Shown here piece by piece: positions 1-11,402 of a stretch of DNA of 64,000 nucleotides (its first letter is position 1; the number at the start of each line of letters is the position of its first letter). Below the pieces are notes generated by a model that was not told the origin of the DNA, made no database searches, and worked only from the letters and a program-made list of their open reading frames with translations. The stretch lies in contig JASCQW010000081.1 in the NCBI GenBank assembly GCA_030264375.1, positions 92,181,768 through 92,245,767 of the forward strand. Reading direction: 5' to 3'. Made by a program: the position numbers and the translations under genes. The stretch is from Carcharhinus longimanus (lineage: Eukaryota).

Positions 1-279
1 GTCTACAAAAGACACAAATCTTTGAGGTATATATTGAGTTAAAGGTTACTATAAAATGCTTGAATGTAGCCAGCATTTTAGGGATCAGAATCATACATTT
101 TGAAATGTTTTTCGCAGATCTTTACTTTCTGTGCAAACTTCAGATTTCAAGTGGGCTCGCCTGGTACAAACCACAATATGTTTTCGCGGTTCTAGTGTAA
201 CAGATTCACACCACGTTAGTGCTCCATTTAATTTCAAAAGAGGAGCATTCGAATAAACGAAGAGCTAAAAATAGCTACG

Positions 280-593
280 TTTTAACCAGTGACTACGCCT
301 TCTTCATTGGAGCCTAACATATTAATAATGGTATTGATACTTAGCGGGCAACTATGGTTCCTCTCATTCCCGAAAGATAACGCAATTAGCCACGCTACTT
401 ATGTAACAAGAGTAAACGGTTCATCAAGCATATCAGATATTCTATTCGTCTATAGAAAATTAATCAACTGATTTCTACTAAACAATGCACTTTTAGTTAC
501 ATTGCCGATTGCTGTTTCCATAGAAGACAATGGAAAATAACATTTAGTTGACGTTAGGAGCGGCGGCAGATACGACACATCAGCTGATGAATA
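280..593 (-). pseudogene. NLR unit A: decayed CARD-like exon (gene continues off the left edge)
   Basis: Acceptor gtgtttttcag at 594-595. Translation ...ALFSRNQLINFL*TNRISDMLD...LSINTIINMLGSNEEGVV resembles CARD helix 1 (FYRDRLEQAI) and the LVMEKGS segment of the recalled shark NLR N-terminal domain. Has in-frame stops. Confidence 0.5.
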
Positions 594-679
594 CTGAAAA
601 ACACTTGACTTAATAGTCCCACTTAATGTGACAGGCCACGGAAAAGTTAAATGTCTAAAGTAAGTGGATTTGATTTGGG

Positions 680-1385
680 AGTTGGGGAATTGGACATCAT
701 AGAGTTGGGTGTCGGACATTAGGGGGATTGCTGGAGTGGAAGTTGGTGCTTGGACATCAGGCAGGGAGACGGACAGCGGCAGGTTGGCCCACCAAGCTGG
801 GTGTGGAGTCAAAGAGTGGCGCATCGGAAATGGGGAATGGATTCGTGTGTACGAATATCAGGGGGATTGTGTATTTTACCACGCATGCTCAGACATCGGG
901 ACACATCGGATATCAAGGGGTTCGTGTTCGGACATCAAACAAGTGAATGGAGGGGTGGCAGATATCTCAAGTTGGGTTGTGTTAGACATTGGGGGTGAAT
1001 GAGGTGTCGAAAATCCTGGGCGGTGGGTTTGCGATAGTGTCCTGGGTCGAGGGAGTAGGGTTTTGGTCAGTTGGATGATTAATTGGTTTGGTCAAAGGCA
1101 ACGGGGACAGTCAGTTCAGGACAGGATGTTGGAACGGGGTCTTTCCATGTGTGGTTGCGCCAGGTTGGTTGTGGAGGTATGTAGTCACTTCAGTCGGGGG
1201 TGCGGCGGTGTGATGCGTTCCAGTAGGTTCGTGTCCGGCCCTGAGTCAGATCGAGGATGTTTTGGGTACATTCATTCCACTGGCGTTTAGAGATGGGGAA
1301 CAAACTGCGGGTGGAAGATTGGTGTAGGTACGATTCAGAGGCGGCAAGGATGTCAGCTTTGGGATCGAGAGAGTTGGCTGGCACT
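680..1385. repeat. G-rich, TCGG/GGT-rich low-complexity repeat body
   Basis: Strong G skew on + with recurring GGACATC/GTCGG/TTGG units. Similar tracts at 43580-43800 and 52990-53330. Confidence 0.55.
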
Positions 1386-2229
1386 GGTCGCTGTGTTAAA
1401 AATATTTACACTGAAGTCAGAAGTCGTTTTATATTCTCTAGTTTTTTCAGCTTATCTCGTAGAATAACAGTTGCAGAACCATGTGAAGCTGCTCATTTTA
1501 ACGGCTTTGTTTGTGGTTCCCTGCGCACAACAGTCGTCCAAGTGATGTTGGATTACTGTAGCGTATACTCCTACCTGTGAACTTCCGAAAAAGCTTACTT
1601 AGTGCACCTTTAGTGTGCCACCCAAAAATGACACGGGGGTGGGNNNNNNNNNNNNNNNNNNNNNNNNNNNNNNNNNNNNNNNNNNNNNNNNNNNNNNNNN
1701 NNNNNNNNNNNNNNNNNNNNNNNNTGGAGTATGGTCATTTGCTGCATTAGAATATCCATTTAGCATGTTAGGAACTGATTAACCTTGTGTCACTCCTTCA
1801 AGTGAGGTTGCTGCTGAGAGAAATATAATGTTTAAAACAAAAGTCATGAATTAGTATATTTTAACATAATGATTGCATTTGCAGGCACAAAATGAGGCAC
1901 AAATCATTGATTGCAATGATTGGTTATGGAAAAATGCATGGATAAGTGGTTCACTGTCCTGCCCGGTTAACATCTCCAAGCTGAAGAGTTGACATTGACC
2001 CAATTTCAGAAATATTTAGACAAGAATAGGAAGTGTTGGATATTCATTACATCAACAATTTCCGTTAAGAAACTGAATACAGCTTCAGCAATTGTTTGCC
2101 TTAAATACTAAAATACAACATATTTGTGAGCAACGTTGGAAAAGCAGCGCGCAAATGGGAATATATGCAACTATAAAGACAAGTACCGAAACAAAGAGAG
2201 TGAGTGAATGAGAATTCTCCGTAAGACAT

Positions 2230-2400
2230 AGCTGCTAAAATATTTCAAGTTTATTGAAAAAAATAATCATCATTAGCACGAAAGACTACCAAAATTGGTA
2301 GCTTGTGAAAGTGAGAAGATGGGGCGCATTTGAGAAGAAACACTTGGAAAAGAGCCTAGAATTACGACTTGGCCCTGATGTGCGTAATGTGTAATATCGG
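2230..2400 (-). pseudogene. NLR unit A: decayed CARD-like exon (C-terminal half)
   Basis: Minus-strand translation GPSRNSRLFSKCFFSNAPHLLTFTSYQFW*SFVLMMIIFFNKLEIF*QL vs recalled consensus GNRTESSRLFLSLVMGKGSRARRAMWESFV...PKLDRILKEI. Confidence 0.6.
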
Positions 2401-2570
2401 CTGACGAAGCCTGAGTTATGTTTTATTGACTTAAACTAAAGGAGCTTTACTACAGGTGAGACTGCATCTGAGTTCTGCTCTCCTTAGTCAAGGAAGGATA
2501 CGATTAACTTCGGAGAACATTCTATTGATGACTGAAATGGGATTATTTCATTCCTATGGTGGGATTATTT

Positions 2571-2857
2571 CATAGAATCATAAAGTCTATAGCGTAGAAG
2601 GAGGCTGTTTCGCACATCGAATCTGCACCATCAATAATCTCACCTAGGTCCCATCCCTGCATCCCTATACATATTTACCCTCCTAATCCCGTGACGCTAA
2701 GGGGCAATTTAGCATGGCCAATCGACCAAACCCGCACATGTTTGGACTGTGGGAGGAAACAGGAGCACCAGGAGGAAGCCCACGCAGACAGGGGAGGCTG
2801 TTCAAATCCGCACAGTTCACCCGAGTCCGGAACAGTGGTTAGCAACAGTGCCGCCCA
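2571..2857 (-). mobile_element. HE1-like (V-SINE) tRNA-derived SINE
   Basis: catagaatcat tail, then ggggcaatttagcatggccaat...tttggactgtgggaggaaac.ggagcacc, the reverse complement of the HE1 core. Confidence 0.85.
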
Positions 2858-2909
2858 TGAGGGAACGCTGGAAAAGTTGTGCAAATATCCATTCGTGCTC
2901 AGAGATGTT

Positions 2910-3085
2910 AGTGGTGACCTTACTGAAAAGATTCATATTCTGAGAGGAATTGACAGACTCGATGCTGAAAGGAGATTCCCTCTTATGGGAGAAGCCAAAA
3001 CTAAGGCTCATTGTTCAAAAATAGGGGGTTTTGCATTTAATGTGAGGATGAGGAAAATTCTCTATCTTTCTCTGAGTGTGGAGTT
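2910..3085 (+). mobile_element. CR1-clade LINE ORF2 3' fragment
   Basis: Translates GDLTEKIHILRGIDRLDAERRFPLMGEAKTKAH, the typical CR1 ORF2 C-terminus. Confidence 0.75.
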
Positions 3086-3224
3086 GGCTTCCTTGGACAG
3101 CAATGTAGCCAGCCATCTTGGACGATGGTGGATCAAACCACTATTGTAGATTAACGTCCTGGGCCATATTTAATCTCAGTTGGGTGAAAAATATAACTCA
3201 GGAGACATGTAAATAGGATTTATT

Positions 3225-4070
3225 CGGGCGTCGCTGGTTAGACCAGCATTTATTGCCCATCGCAAATTTTCTTTGAGAAGGCAGCGTTGAGATACTTTCT
3301 TAAAACTGCAGGCCATATCGTAGAGGACACCAATAATGCAGACAGTAAGACAATTCCGGGATTTGTACATAGAGGCAGTGAAGGAATGGCGATAACGAAT
3401 TCATGTGTACATTGGGCATATGTTGATGCGAGGTCGTCCGTCCATGTTTAGGTGTAGCAATTTGATGCGACGGATGTGTTCAGTTGATTCGGATAACAGT
3501 TAAGAGTCAAATTCATCGCTCTGCGTCTGGGACTCACAAGTAGGGCAGACTAGACCTAGTTGGATGGCAGGTTTCCCTCCTTGAATGTTGTTACTGGGCC
3601 ATATGGGATTTTAGAGCCACCGACAATTGTTTCTAAAGTTTTTAAAGCGAATTTATTCGTGTCGAAAGTAAGCTTATATTAGCGTTGCAATGAAGTTACT
3701 TTGAAAATCCCCTAGTCGCCGTGCTCTTTTGGGTACACTAAGGGAGAATTTAGCCTTGCCAATACATTTAACCAGCATGCTTTTCGAACTGTGGGAGGAA
3801 ACTGGAGCACTTGGAAGAATCCCACACAGACATGGGAAGAACTTGCAGGCTCCATGACTTAAGCTGGGAATTGGTCCAGGGTCTCTAGTTCTGTGAGGCA
3901 GCAGTGCTAACCACTGAGCCACCATGCCACCAAGGTCATGCCGCCAGTTCCACCAGGATTATTAATTCAATTCAAATTCCACTGTACAATTTGCACGCGT
4001 TTTCCCCAATAGTATCTCCAATATTACTATTCCAGTGACATTATCATACGCCACTGCCTCCCCTTACCCC
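3225..4070 (-). mobile_element. DeuSINE/L2-tail-like shark repeat interrupted by an HE1-like SINE (about 3640-3931)
   Basis: gggcgtcgctgg..ccagcatttattgcccatc terminal motif shared with 19090, 35765 and 38810. The inner SINE ends in gcagcagtgctaaccactgagccaccatgcc. Confidence 0.65.
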
Positions 4071-4221
4071 CTGATCCCGGAACTGTGATTTTAATGCAAA
4101 TAAAATGGTTAAATAGAACATTGCAAGTATGTTGCATAATACCCCTATCATATACCGCTAGTTTGAGTCAAGTGCCAGAATTTGAATACATGAGCCAAGG
4201 ATCATGTTTTCATCTTCTTAC

Positions 4222-4245
4222 CAGGAGCCTTTTCTCCTGTTGATT
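4222..4245 (-). CDS. Candidate 24-nt phase 1-1 microexon (E)STGEKAP, unit A
   Basis: catttctctgcag|AATCAACAGGAGAAAAGGCTCCTG|gtaaga: strong acceptor and donor, 3n length, open frame. Confidence 0.45.
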
Positions 4246-4439
4246 CTGCAGAGAAATGCAGATAAACTTTTTTAAGTTACATTTTTAGGAGGCCTGGAAC
4301 TAACTGAATAGCACAAATTCCACCCACCGACATTGATTTGTATATAAAAAAGACTGACTGCGTTTGGTAGTCTTTCATTTATGCGACGTAATGACAGTGG
4401 ATGAATTTATTACAGTGCATTTCATCATGGCAAATTAAC

Positions 4440-4741
4440 TTTAAAGTTATCCACCAGTCACAAATCAGCTTATATTCATATTGCAACGAAGTTACTGTGA
4501 AAGATCCCGAGTCGCTCCACTTCGGCGCGTGTTCGGGTATACAGAAGCAGAATTTAGCATGGCCAATCCAACTAACCAGCACATGTTTGGAACGTGGGAA
4601 GAAACCAGAGCACCCGGAGGAAACTCACGCAGAAAAGGGGAGAAGACACAAATTCCACATAGACAGTGACCCAAGCCGGGAATTGAAGCCAGTTCTTTGG
4701 CGCTGTGAGGCAGCAGGGCTAACCACTGTGCCACCTTGCCG
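4440..4741 (-). mobile_element. HE1-like SINE
   Basis: Ends in gcgctgtgaggcagcagggctaaccactgtgccacc, the reverse complement of the tRNA-derived head. Near-identical family to 42011-42302. Confidence 0.9.
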
Positions 4742-5829
4742 GCTTTACAAATTGGCTGTCTATATTCGAAAATGTTGACTATTTAGTTATGACTGCTGAT
4801 TACCGAATTCAGAATGATATATCGGTCAGCTGAGACGACTGTTTGGCATTCATCGTCCATTACCGGGAATAACGAGGTGAGCATCAGCAAAGAGACTAGT
4901 GAGTTCACACGGAGCCCAAACCAAATTCAAGGTAATAGAATTGCCACAAGGCCACCGCCTTCCCTTAGCACCTGAACCTCGGGCTGTGATTTTAATGCAA
5001 CTAAACTGATTACACAGAATATCACAAGCGTACCTCGTAATTCCCAGCCATAAGCCGCCAGTTTTGGCCAAATACAAAAATTTCAATACATCAACCGATA
5101 CCAGAAATATTTTTTCTTCCACATACCATCAGTCTCTAGTCCTGTTGTGGCTGCAAAGAAAAGGGCGCACTATTTTCAGTTGAACTTTTGGGACGCGTGG
5201 CAATAAATCATCACCACAAATTCCACCCACCGAGCTTGACAGGTATGAAAAACTGGATCTTTCATTCGCACGACGTAACGGTAGCGGATGAATCTATCGC
5301 AGAGCATTTCAGTGTAATCACTGCAAATTAACTTTATAGCTTGGTTACCTACATTCGACAATGTTGACGATTCGGTTGTGACTGCTGGCTAGTGAATTCC
5401 GAACGATATTTTGGCCAGCCGGAATTAATGTAGCATTCGGCATTTCCTCATCCATTAGGGGAACAGCGAGTGGAGAAATAGCAAGGAGACATGTGAGCTA
5501 ACACAGCGCCCAAATAGAATTGAAATGAATAAAGTCGGAAGAGGCATTTGACAGAGGACTGGCCCAGAATCTTTTACATTTTTATATGCAATGGAAATAT
5601 GACATAACGTATGAATGTTGACGGAATTCGGTGTTTCGTGAGGTTCAATCGCAATAGAAAGCGTAATTGCCAATTGTCCGTTGAATGGCTCGGTAACTCG
5701 ATAATCCCATGAACCCTCTCAAGGTGAACAACAGGAAGCATTTTGAGTTTCATTTGAACAAAGAAACAAAAAAAATCGCAAGCTTGAGCGCTAAATGTAA
5801 GATGGGCATTAATAAATGTAAGAAATTCT

Positions 5830-6000
5830 ACATGACCTCTAGGTCATTGAGTGTCTTTCAGACAGAGATAGATAGGTTCTTGATTAATAAGGGGATCAGG
5901 GGCTATGGGGAAAAAGCAGGAGAATGGGGTTGAGAAAAATATCAGCTATGATTGAATGGCCAAGTGGCATAATCCTCCTATGTCTTATGGTCTTATGGTT
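5830..6000 (+). mobile_element. CR1 LINE 3' tail
   Basis: gagatagataggttcttgattaataaggggatcagggg...cctatgtcttatggtcttatg tail. Confidence 0.75.
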
Positions 6001-6149
6001 TTATGCCCTCTTCGTAGTGGAAATTGCAAATTTAAATCCATACTTTTGTTCAGCAGTGACAGGCAATTGTTTTCTTATTTTCACACTCCACATCGTGAGA
6101 CTGGCATGAATTTGGATTAGTTTGCAATGCTTTAATTGTTGATCTACGT

Positions 6150-7130
6150 TAGTTCGTATTGGCCTCGCCATTTCACAGAGAACAACTGATGTAATTTGTA
6201 CGCAAATAACTTTAATTCATGAATCAAAGATGCCTGCCGCATTTGAATGGACGAACCATCACCCTCATTTGTTTTGGAACTCATTGAGGCTCGGGTTTTT
6301 GCCTAAATGAACTCGCAAGAAGAATCCGTGCTATTGCAGTCTTAATAATGGTGAACTCAATACTGTCCTCTATTGGGAAACAGAAATGGAGGCGATTCAC
6401 TGGCAAAACGTGGCTGCATTACAAATCGTTTCCCATCACAAGATGCAGTATTGCAACTCAAATGCTGACCAGCGGTATGTCTGAACGTTCACCTGCTGAC
6501 AAGATCAGCTGCTGCACAAGATCAGCTGCTGCACAAAATCAGCAAGGAAACTACGTTAAGTGTAACCACCAATCTAATCAACGCATCACCGAAATTTCGT
6601 TATTGTCACTCAGTACAAATCTTAGAAGCCTCCATGAAACAGCAACGCGGGTAGTTTCATCGTCATATGCAGCAGTTCACTGCAAAACCTCGCAAACCTT
6701 CACAAAATTGATTAGGAACCTCTGCCCATACATATATATACATACATATACATTACCTATATATAATGTAAAAAAAACAATCATTCCTACTTGTACTTTC
6801 TGCGCCAGGATTTAGTTTTTTCCGTAAATCTGAAAACAAAGATATTTCAACAATTGAACAACATGAGGCAAATTGCGTCTGCTTATCTGTTTAGAACGCG
6901 CTTTTACATTGATTATACTGAATTAAAGGGCACCTATCAGTTAAACATGTTCAATTGTGCAGAAAGTTGAACTAATTGGCGTTTCTTTCATTTGCGGAAG
7001 TGTGTTTCCAGAGAGATGATCATCATTTATATCTAAATATATATGGATTTACGAATATTCAATATTATAATATTAGCTTCCATATGGTCAATGTTTTTGA
7101 GCAATTGCCCAGGCCAGTGTCAGATTGTGG
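6150..7130 (-). pseudogene. NLR unit B: 3' part of the NACHT exon (HD1, winged helix, HD2)
   Basis: Collinear remnants: HMEANIIILNI..NPY (cf. HVEENEILYTMSYNPSY), MIVF, PNQFCEG (cf. PSQFLSG), LHLT...DF.AA (cf. HLTIQEFVAA), DGKRFVMQPRFASESPP (cf. DGRFEVFLRFVAGLSSP), KLHQLFSVKWRG (cf. TLHYLFESQNRG). Confidence 0.65.
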
Positions 7131-7300
7131 TCGTATNNNNNNNNNNNNNNNNNNNNNNNNNNNNNNNNNNNNNNNNNNNNNNNNNNNNNNNNNNNNNNNN
7201 NNNNNNNNNNNNNNNNNNNNNNNNNNNNNNNNNNNNNNNNNNNNNNNNNNNNNNNNNNNNNNNNNNNNNNNNNNNNNNNNNNNNNNNNNNNNNNNNNNNN

Positions 7301-7830
7301 TGATTCAGATTTGATTTCATTGATTATAGTCACATGTATTAGCATAGAGTGAAAAGTGGTTCTGCTTACTATTCCGTTCATAGAGAAGGAAAGGAGAGAG
7401 TGCAGAATGTAGCGTCACAGTCATAACTAGAGTTTAGAGAAAGATCAACTTAATGCGAGGTAGGTCCATTCAAAGCTTTGATGGCAGCAGGTAAGAAGCT
7501 GTTCTGCAGTCGGCTGGTCCGTGACCTCAGACTTTTGTATCTTTCTCTCAACGAATGAAGGTGGAAGCGAGAATGTCCGGGGTGCGTGGTGTCCTTAATT
7601 ATGCTGCTGCTTTTCCAAGGCAGCGTGAAGTATAGATGGAGTCGATGTGTGGGAGCTGGTTTGCATGATAGACTGGACTACATTCAAGACCCTTTGTACT
7701 TTCTTGCGGTCTTGGGCAGAGCAGGTGCTTCACCAAGCTGTGATACAGCCATGTAGAACGTTTTTTTATGGTGCACCTGTAGATGTTAGTGAGAGTTGTA
7801 GCTGACACGCCAAATGTCCTTAGTGTTCTG
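7301..7830 (-). mobile_element. Rex1/Babar-clade LINE 3' end
   Basis: ORF 7599-7808 gives TLTNIYRCTIK (Rex1 LTNFYRCTIES motif). The gatttgattt..ttattatagtcacatgtatt tail is also seen at about 15600 and 51825. Confidence 0.8.
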
Positions 7831-7879
7831 TATTAAAACAGAGACACTAGAAATTGGTAGGTAGTTGGTTGAAAGTAGA

Positions 7880-9830
7880 GGCTGAGAGTGGTTATGGCAC
7901 AGATTTCCAGCCCATCGAAATCTTGTCGTTTCTTGGCAGGTGATCCAATCAGCACCATTTCTCCGCCACAACCCTCGAGAAATGCAAACGTATTTTCCTT
8001 TATTGGACTCCAATTTCATTTTGAGCTCTTCTCCCTCATAGGCAGCGACTTCCAGGTTGCACGGAAGATTTTCTGCGAGCCTCTTGCCCAGAACCACATC
8101 TTTCACCTCGCTCTTGTACGATCGGGTAAAGTAACTGTTTGATTTGTATGCCGTACTGAAACATGGCATAAAGTGTGCCCCCTCACAACCGCTGCCTTCC
8201 CAATCTCATTTTATACTAATAGAATCGCACTAGCTTTTCCAATTGAAATCATGTACCAAAAATCGCGGGTTCCAATTTTATCTGCTTTGAATCTTCCCAT
8301 CATTACCAAAATGTGGTGCCCAGAACTGCTCACGCTACATTAGTTGTGGTTTAATCAGAGCTTTATGCATATTCAGCATCATTTTATAAAGTCAGAATCC
8401 TATTTCATTTCCTAATTGCTCCATTAACATTTTCTGACAGGCTCAAAAATATATACGCACTATCCCTCACTTCTTCTTGATAAATACCAGTGTCTATCAT
8501 TCTCCAGTCTGAAAAGTTAGCCATATACTTTGACTCAATGTTTTCTCTCTTTAAGCCTTTGTTAAAATCGGATCTACATATAGTTTCCTCTTCATAGGTT
8601 TCCTGTTTTCTGACAATAATTATACGTGGAATTTAAATTAAAGCAATTCACACAACATTCATGGCATTCACTTAATCCACTGCCTCCATTATTTCATTAA
8701 GATTACTCAATTATCTCCATTACGATCTGCCTTTACACATCAGCTATCTTTAGCTGAATACTCCCCGAGACTCTGCTAAATCGTCCTGCGCTTATTGCTC
8801 ATGAAGGATTACCCATCATAATGTTAAACTTACTGGTCTGACGGTACTAGGAACCTCCGACTACTCTTTCGAGATTATTCCTATCACATTTACCGTCCTT
8901 CTATTCTCTTGGAACCCACTTCCATCATGCGAGGAAACAATTCTGCCTTCCGCCACCGCACTCCCTCTACCACTGCAGCTCCCCCGCACCACCCTTCCCC
9001 CATTACCCCCCACATTCCATGACACATACAGATCTTCTGGAGCCATGTGCGTTCCAGTTCATCGGACCAGGTGACTTGTCCACCCTCAGCATAGTCAGAA
9101 TTTCTGGTAAAAACTGCATCACACCGTCCACTACCTCACCATTTTGTTACCCTTCCAACGCGCATTTACACAGTTAACGCTCATACAAAGCCTTTAAATG
9201 TTCTAGCCCCGGCCTGCATCTCTGAATATTTAGCATATTGGTCCTAATTGATCCACCCCTCTCCTTCCGAACTGCTGAGATTTACATGCTTGTTTAAGAG
9301 CCTCGGATTGCTTTTATGCTGCATGTCTACTTGAATATGGCTGAACGAATCCACGTGACAGATTATCATGCGCCTCTTCCTCATTCATCAGTTTTCAAAA
9401 TCTTCTCCGTAATCCAAAAACCATTGATACTGTTACCTATTGCCCTTGTCATATTGTACATCGTCTGTTCATGAAACACATCTTACTCAAATGTCTCTCA
9501 CTATTACCATATCTGACAGTGTTCGATTCCATTTCACCCTGGCTGGATCCGCATTCACACCACCGAGGTTTCCCATCCGCCTGATCGAAATTTGACTTCA
9601 GATTGTTAATTATTCTACTTCGATTTAAAAAATATTTTATGGAGCTATGACCAGACGTCCCCAAGTATTGTCCCGTGGCCATTTGATCCAATCGCCCACT
9701 TAATTCCATAGCATCAGATCCAGCAAAACATTCAACTAATTTGACCGAAAGCATACTGGTAAAGAAAGTTCTCTAGAACACATTTCTGCAATACCCCCTT
9801 TCCTTATGCGCTCATCTGATACATTTTTCT
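7880..9830 (-). mobile_element. Old, degenerate CR1 LINE (ORF2 remnants) inserted in the unit B NACHT exon
   Basis: tgtggtgcccagaactg (QFWAP, reversed); catcataatgttaaacttactggtctg (RPVSLT, reversed); endonuclease-like LDQMATGQYLGTSGHSSI in ORF 9449-9754. Confidence 0.6.
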
Positions 9831-9959
9831 CCTATATTTGTGTGCCTTTAGAACCCACAGGATCAGCACTCTAGTTGCTCTTCAACAGCTCTCTGATGCC
9901 CATGTGTGTCTGTCGGCAGGGCGAATGGACAAAAATTGCCATTTGTCAATTTATTGCCT

Positions 9960-10325
9960 TATTTGGCATGGTTTTGATCTTACAGGAGGCATAAACCTTC
10001 CCAGCTCTCTCGCCACATGGTGAAACCATTCACATTTCTTTCAGCGGCTTGCCGGCTACTGCGATGTTAAAGTACTTACATTCGCCACACTACTGGAGAC
10101 ACGGGTAGCAGCAGATCACAGCCATTGGCCTCCGGCCACCTCTTGGAGTGTTTTCCTTTTCTGCGAATGTGGCATTACAGTTCCGGAGAGAGATTATTTT
10201 CTGGATCCAGACGTGCTCCTTTTCAAAATGGAGACGAACGCGTATTGCCTCATCCAACAGCAGAAAACATCCAATTCTGCCGGTTGATTTGTCGGCCAGC
10301 AATATAAAGGAATATTCAAGAAATC
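9960..10325 (-). pseudogene. NLR unit B: 5' part of the NACHT exon (FISNA-like region and Walker A remnant)
   Basis: Acceptor ttctgtgtttcctctag at 10326-10327. KEHVWIQKIISLRNCNATFAEKE (cf. KETLRAQTETLRVNTILIKEK), then IAVAGKPLKEM*MVSPCGERAGKVY at about 9991-10065 (cf. AAVAGVPGIGKTTMVQKIVYDWATGKIY). Confidence 0.7.
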
Positions 10326-10646
10326 CTAGAGGAAACACAGAAGAAATTCTTGAACCAAGTCATTAAAAGAATCTGGAAATTACTCGCACAGGGATGATTC
10401 TTCCGGGCTCAGAATCATCATCAGACTAAAATGAATTTAAAAGAGTCAAGCTTTTTATGAACGCAGTTGGCGCTAATGATACGCTGCCCACCGCCTAACA
10501 CATTTGGTGTGTTTTCTGCCCCTCTTGCTTCCAGCGCAGAAAGAAGTCCATATTATTTCGCCTCAGATGTCAGAAACCAACCTAACACAATTCAGGAAAA
10601 GAAAAGTTTGCCTGCTCATGTGATTGTAGATTTGTGAATATTTTAC

Positions 10647-10670
10647 CTGCCAGTTCCTTTATCCTTTGAA
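10647..10670 (-). CDS. Candidate 24-nt phase 1-1 microexon (V)QRIKELA, unit B
   Basis: ttcttgcatcaacag|TTCAAAGGATAAAGGAACTGGCAG|gtaaaatat; paralogous to 62989-63012. Confidence 0.45.
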
Positions 10671-10989
10671 CTGTTGATGCAAGAAAACATAGAAATTGGA
10701 AAGCAACAGATAATTCCTTTGCCTCCATGAATTCGTTTTCCGTCCGGCATGTACGAGATTTCATCCAGTGTGGAATCGCATATGATTATTACCTCTTTAG
10801 CTGTGCCAAATGATGAGTTAAGCGATATACGTTTACTTGGGCGAACGAGAGAGTAAAGTCGTATCCAATTAGCCGTTGCGTTTTCAAACAGGCTTCGATC
10901 GAATGTATACCTTTATTTGATTACCAATTCGGCTTTGAATAAGGACGGGAGAGATGCCTGCCACTCCTACCTATTAAATTAAGAGTTAC

Positions 10990-11400
10990 AGAGGTCATAG
11001 AGTCATAGAGATTTACAGCATAGAAACAGGCCTTTCGGCACAACTTGTCCATGCCACCCTTTTTTATTTTAAACCCCTAAACTAATCCTAGTTACCTGCA
11101 TTTGGCCCATATGCGTCTATACCCATCTTACCCATGCAACTATCTAAATGCTTTTTAAAAGACAAAATTGTACCAGTCTCTACTACTACTTATGGCAGCT
11201 TGTGCNNNNNNNNNNNNNNNNNNNNNNNNNNNNNNNNNNNNNNNNNNNNNNNNNNNNNNNNNNNNNNNNNNNNNNNNNNNNNNNNNNNNNNNNNNNNNNN
11301 NNNNNCTGATCCACTTCAGATCAGCCATGATCTTGTTGAATGGCGGGGCAGGCTTGAAGAGCTAGATGGCCTACTCCTGCTCTTATTTCTTATGTTCTTA
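10990..11400. mobile_element. Two CR1 3' tails in opposite orientation around a gap
   Basis: gtcatagagtcatagagatttacagcat... (minus tail, 10990-11205) and ...ggcctactcctgctcttatttcttatgttctta (plus tail, 11306-11400). Confidence 0.75.
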
Positions 11401-11402
11401 TA

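Noticed and set aside
8085-8130. SEVKDVV resembling NLR CEVSDIV
   Set aside because: It is embedded in a degenerate CR1 3' end; treated as coincidence.
10090-10338. Chemokine-like WIQKII motif and a possible terminal exon with donor at 10078
   Set aside because: No chemokine cysteine pattern. Homology continues past the apparent donor into the Walker A remnant.
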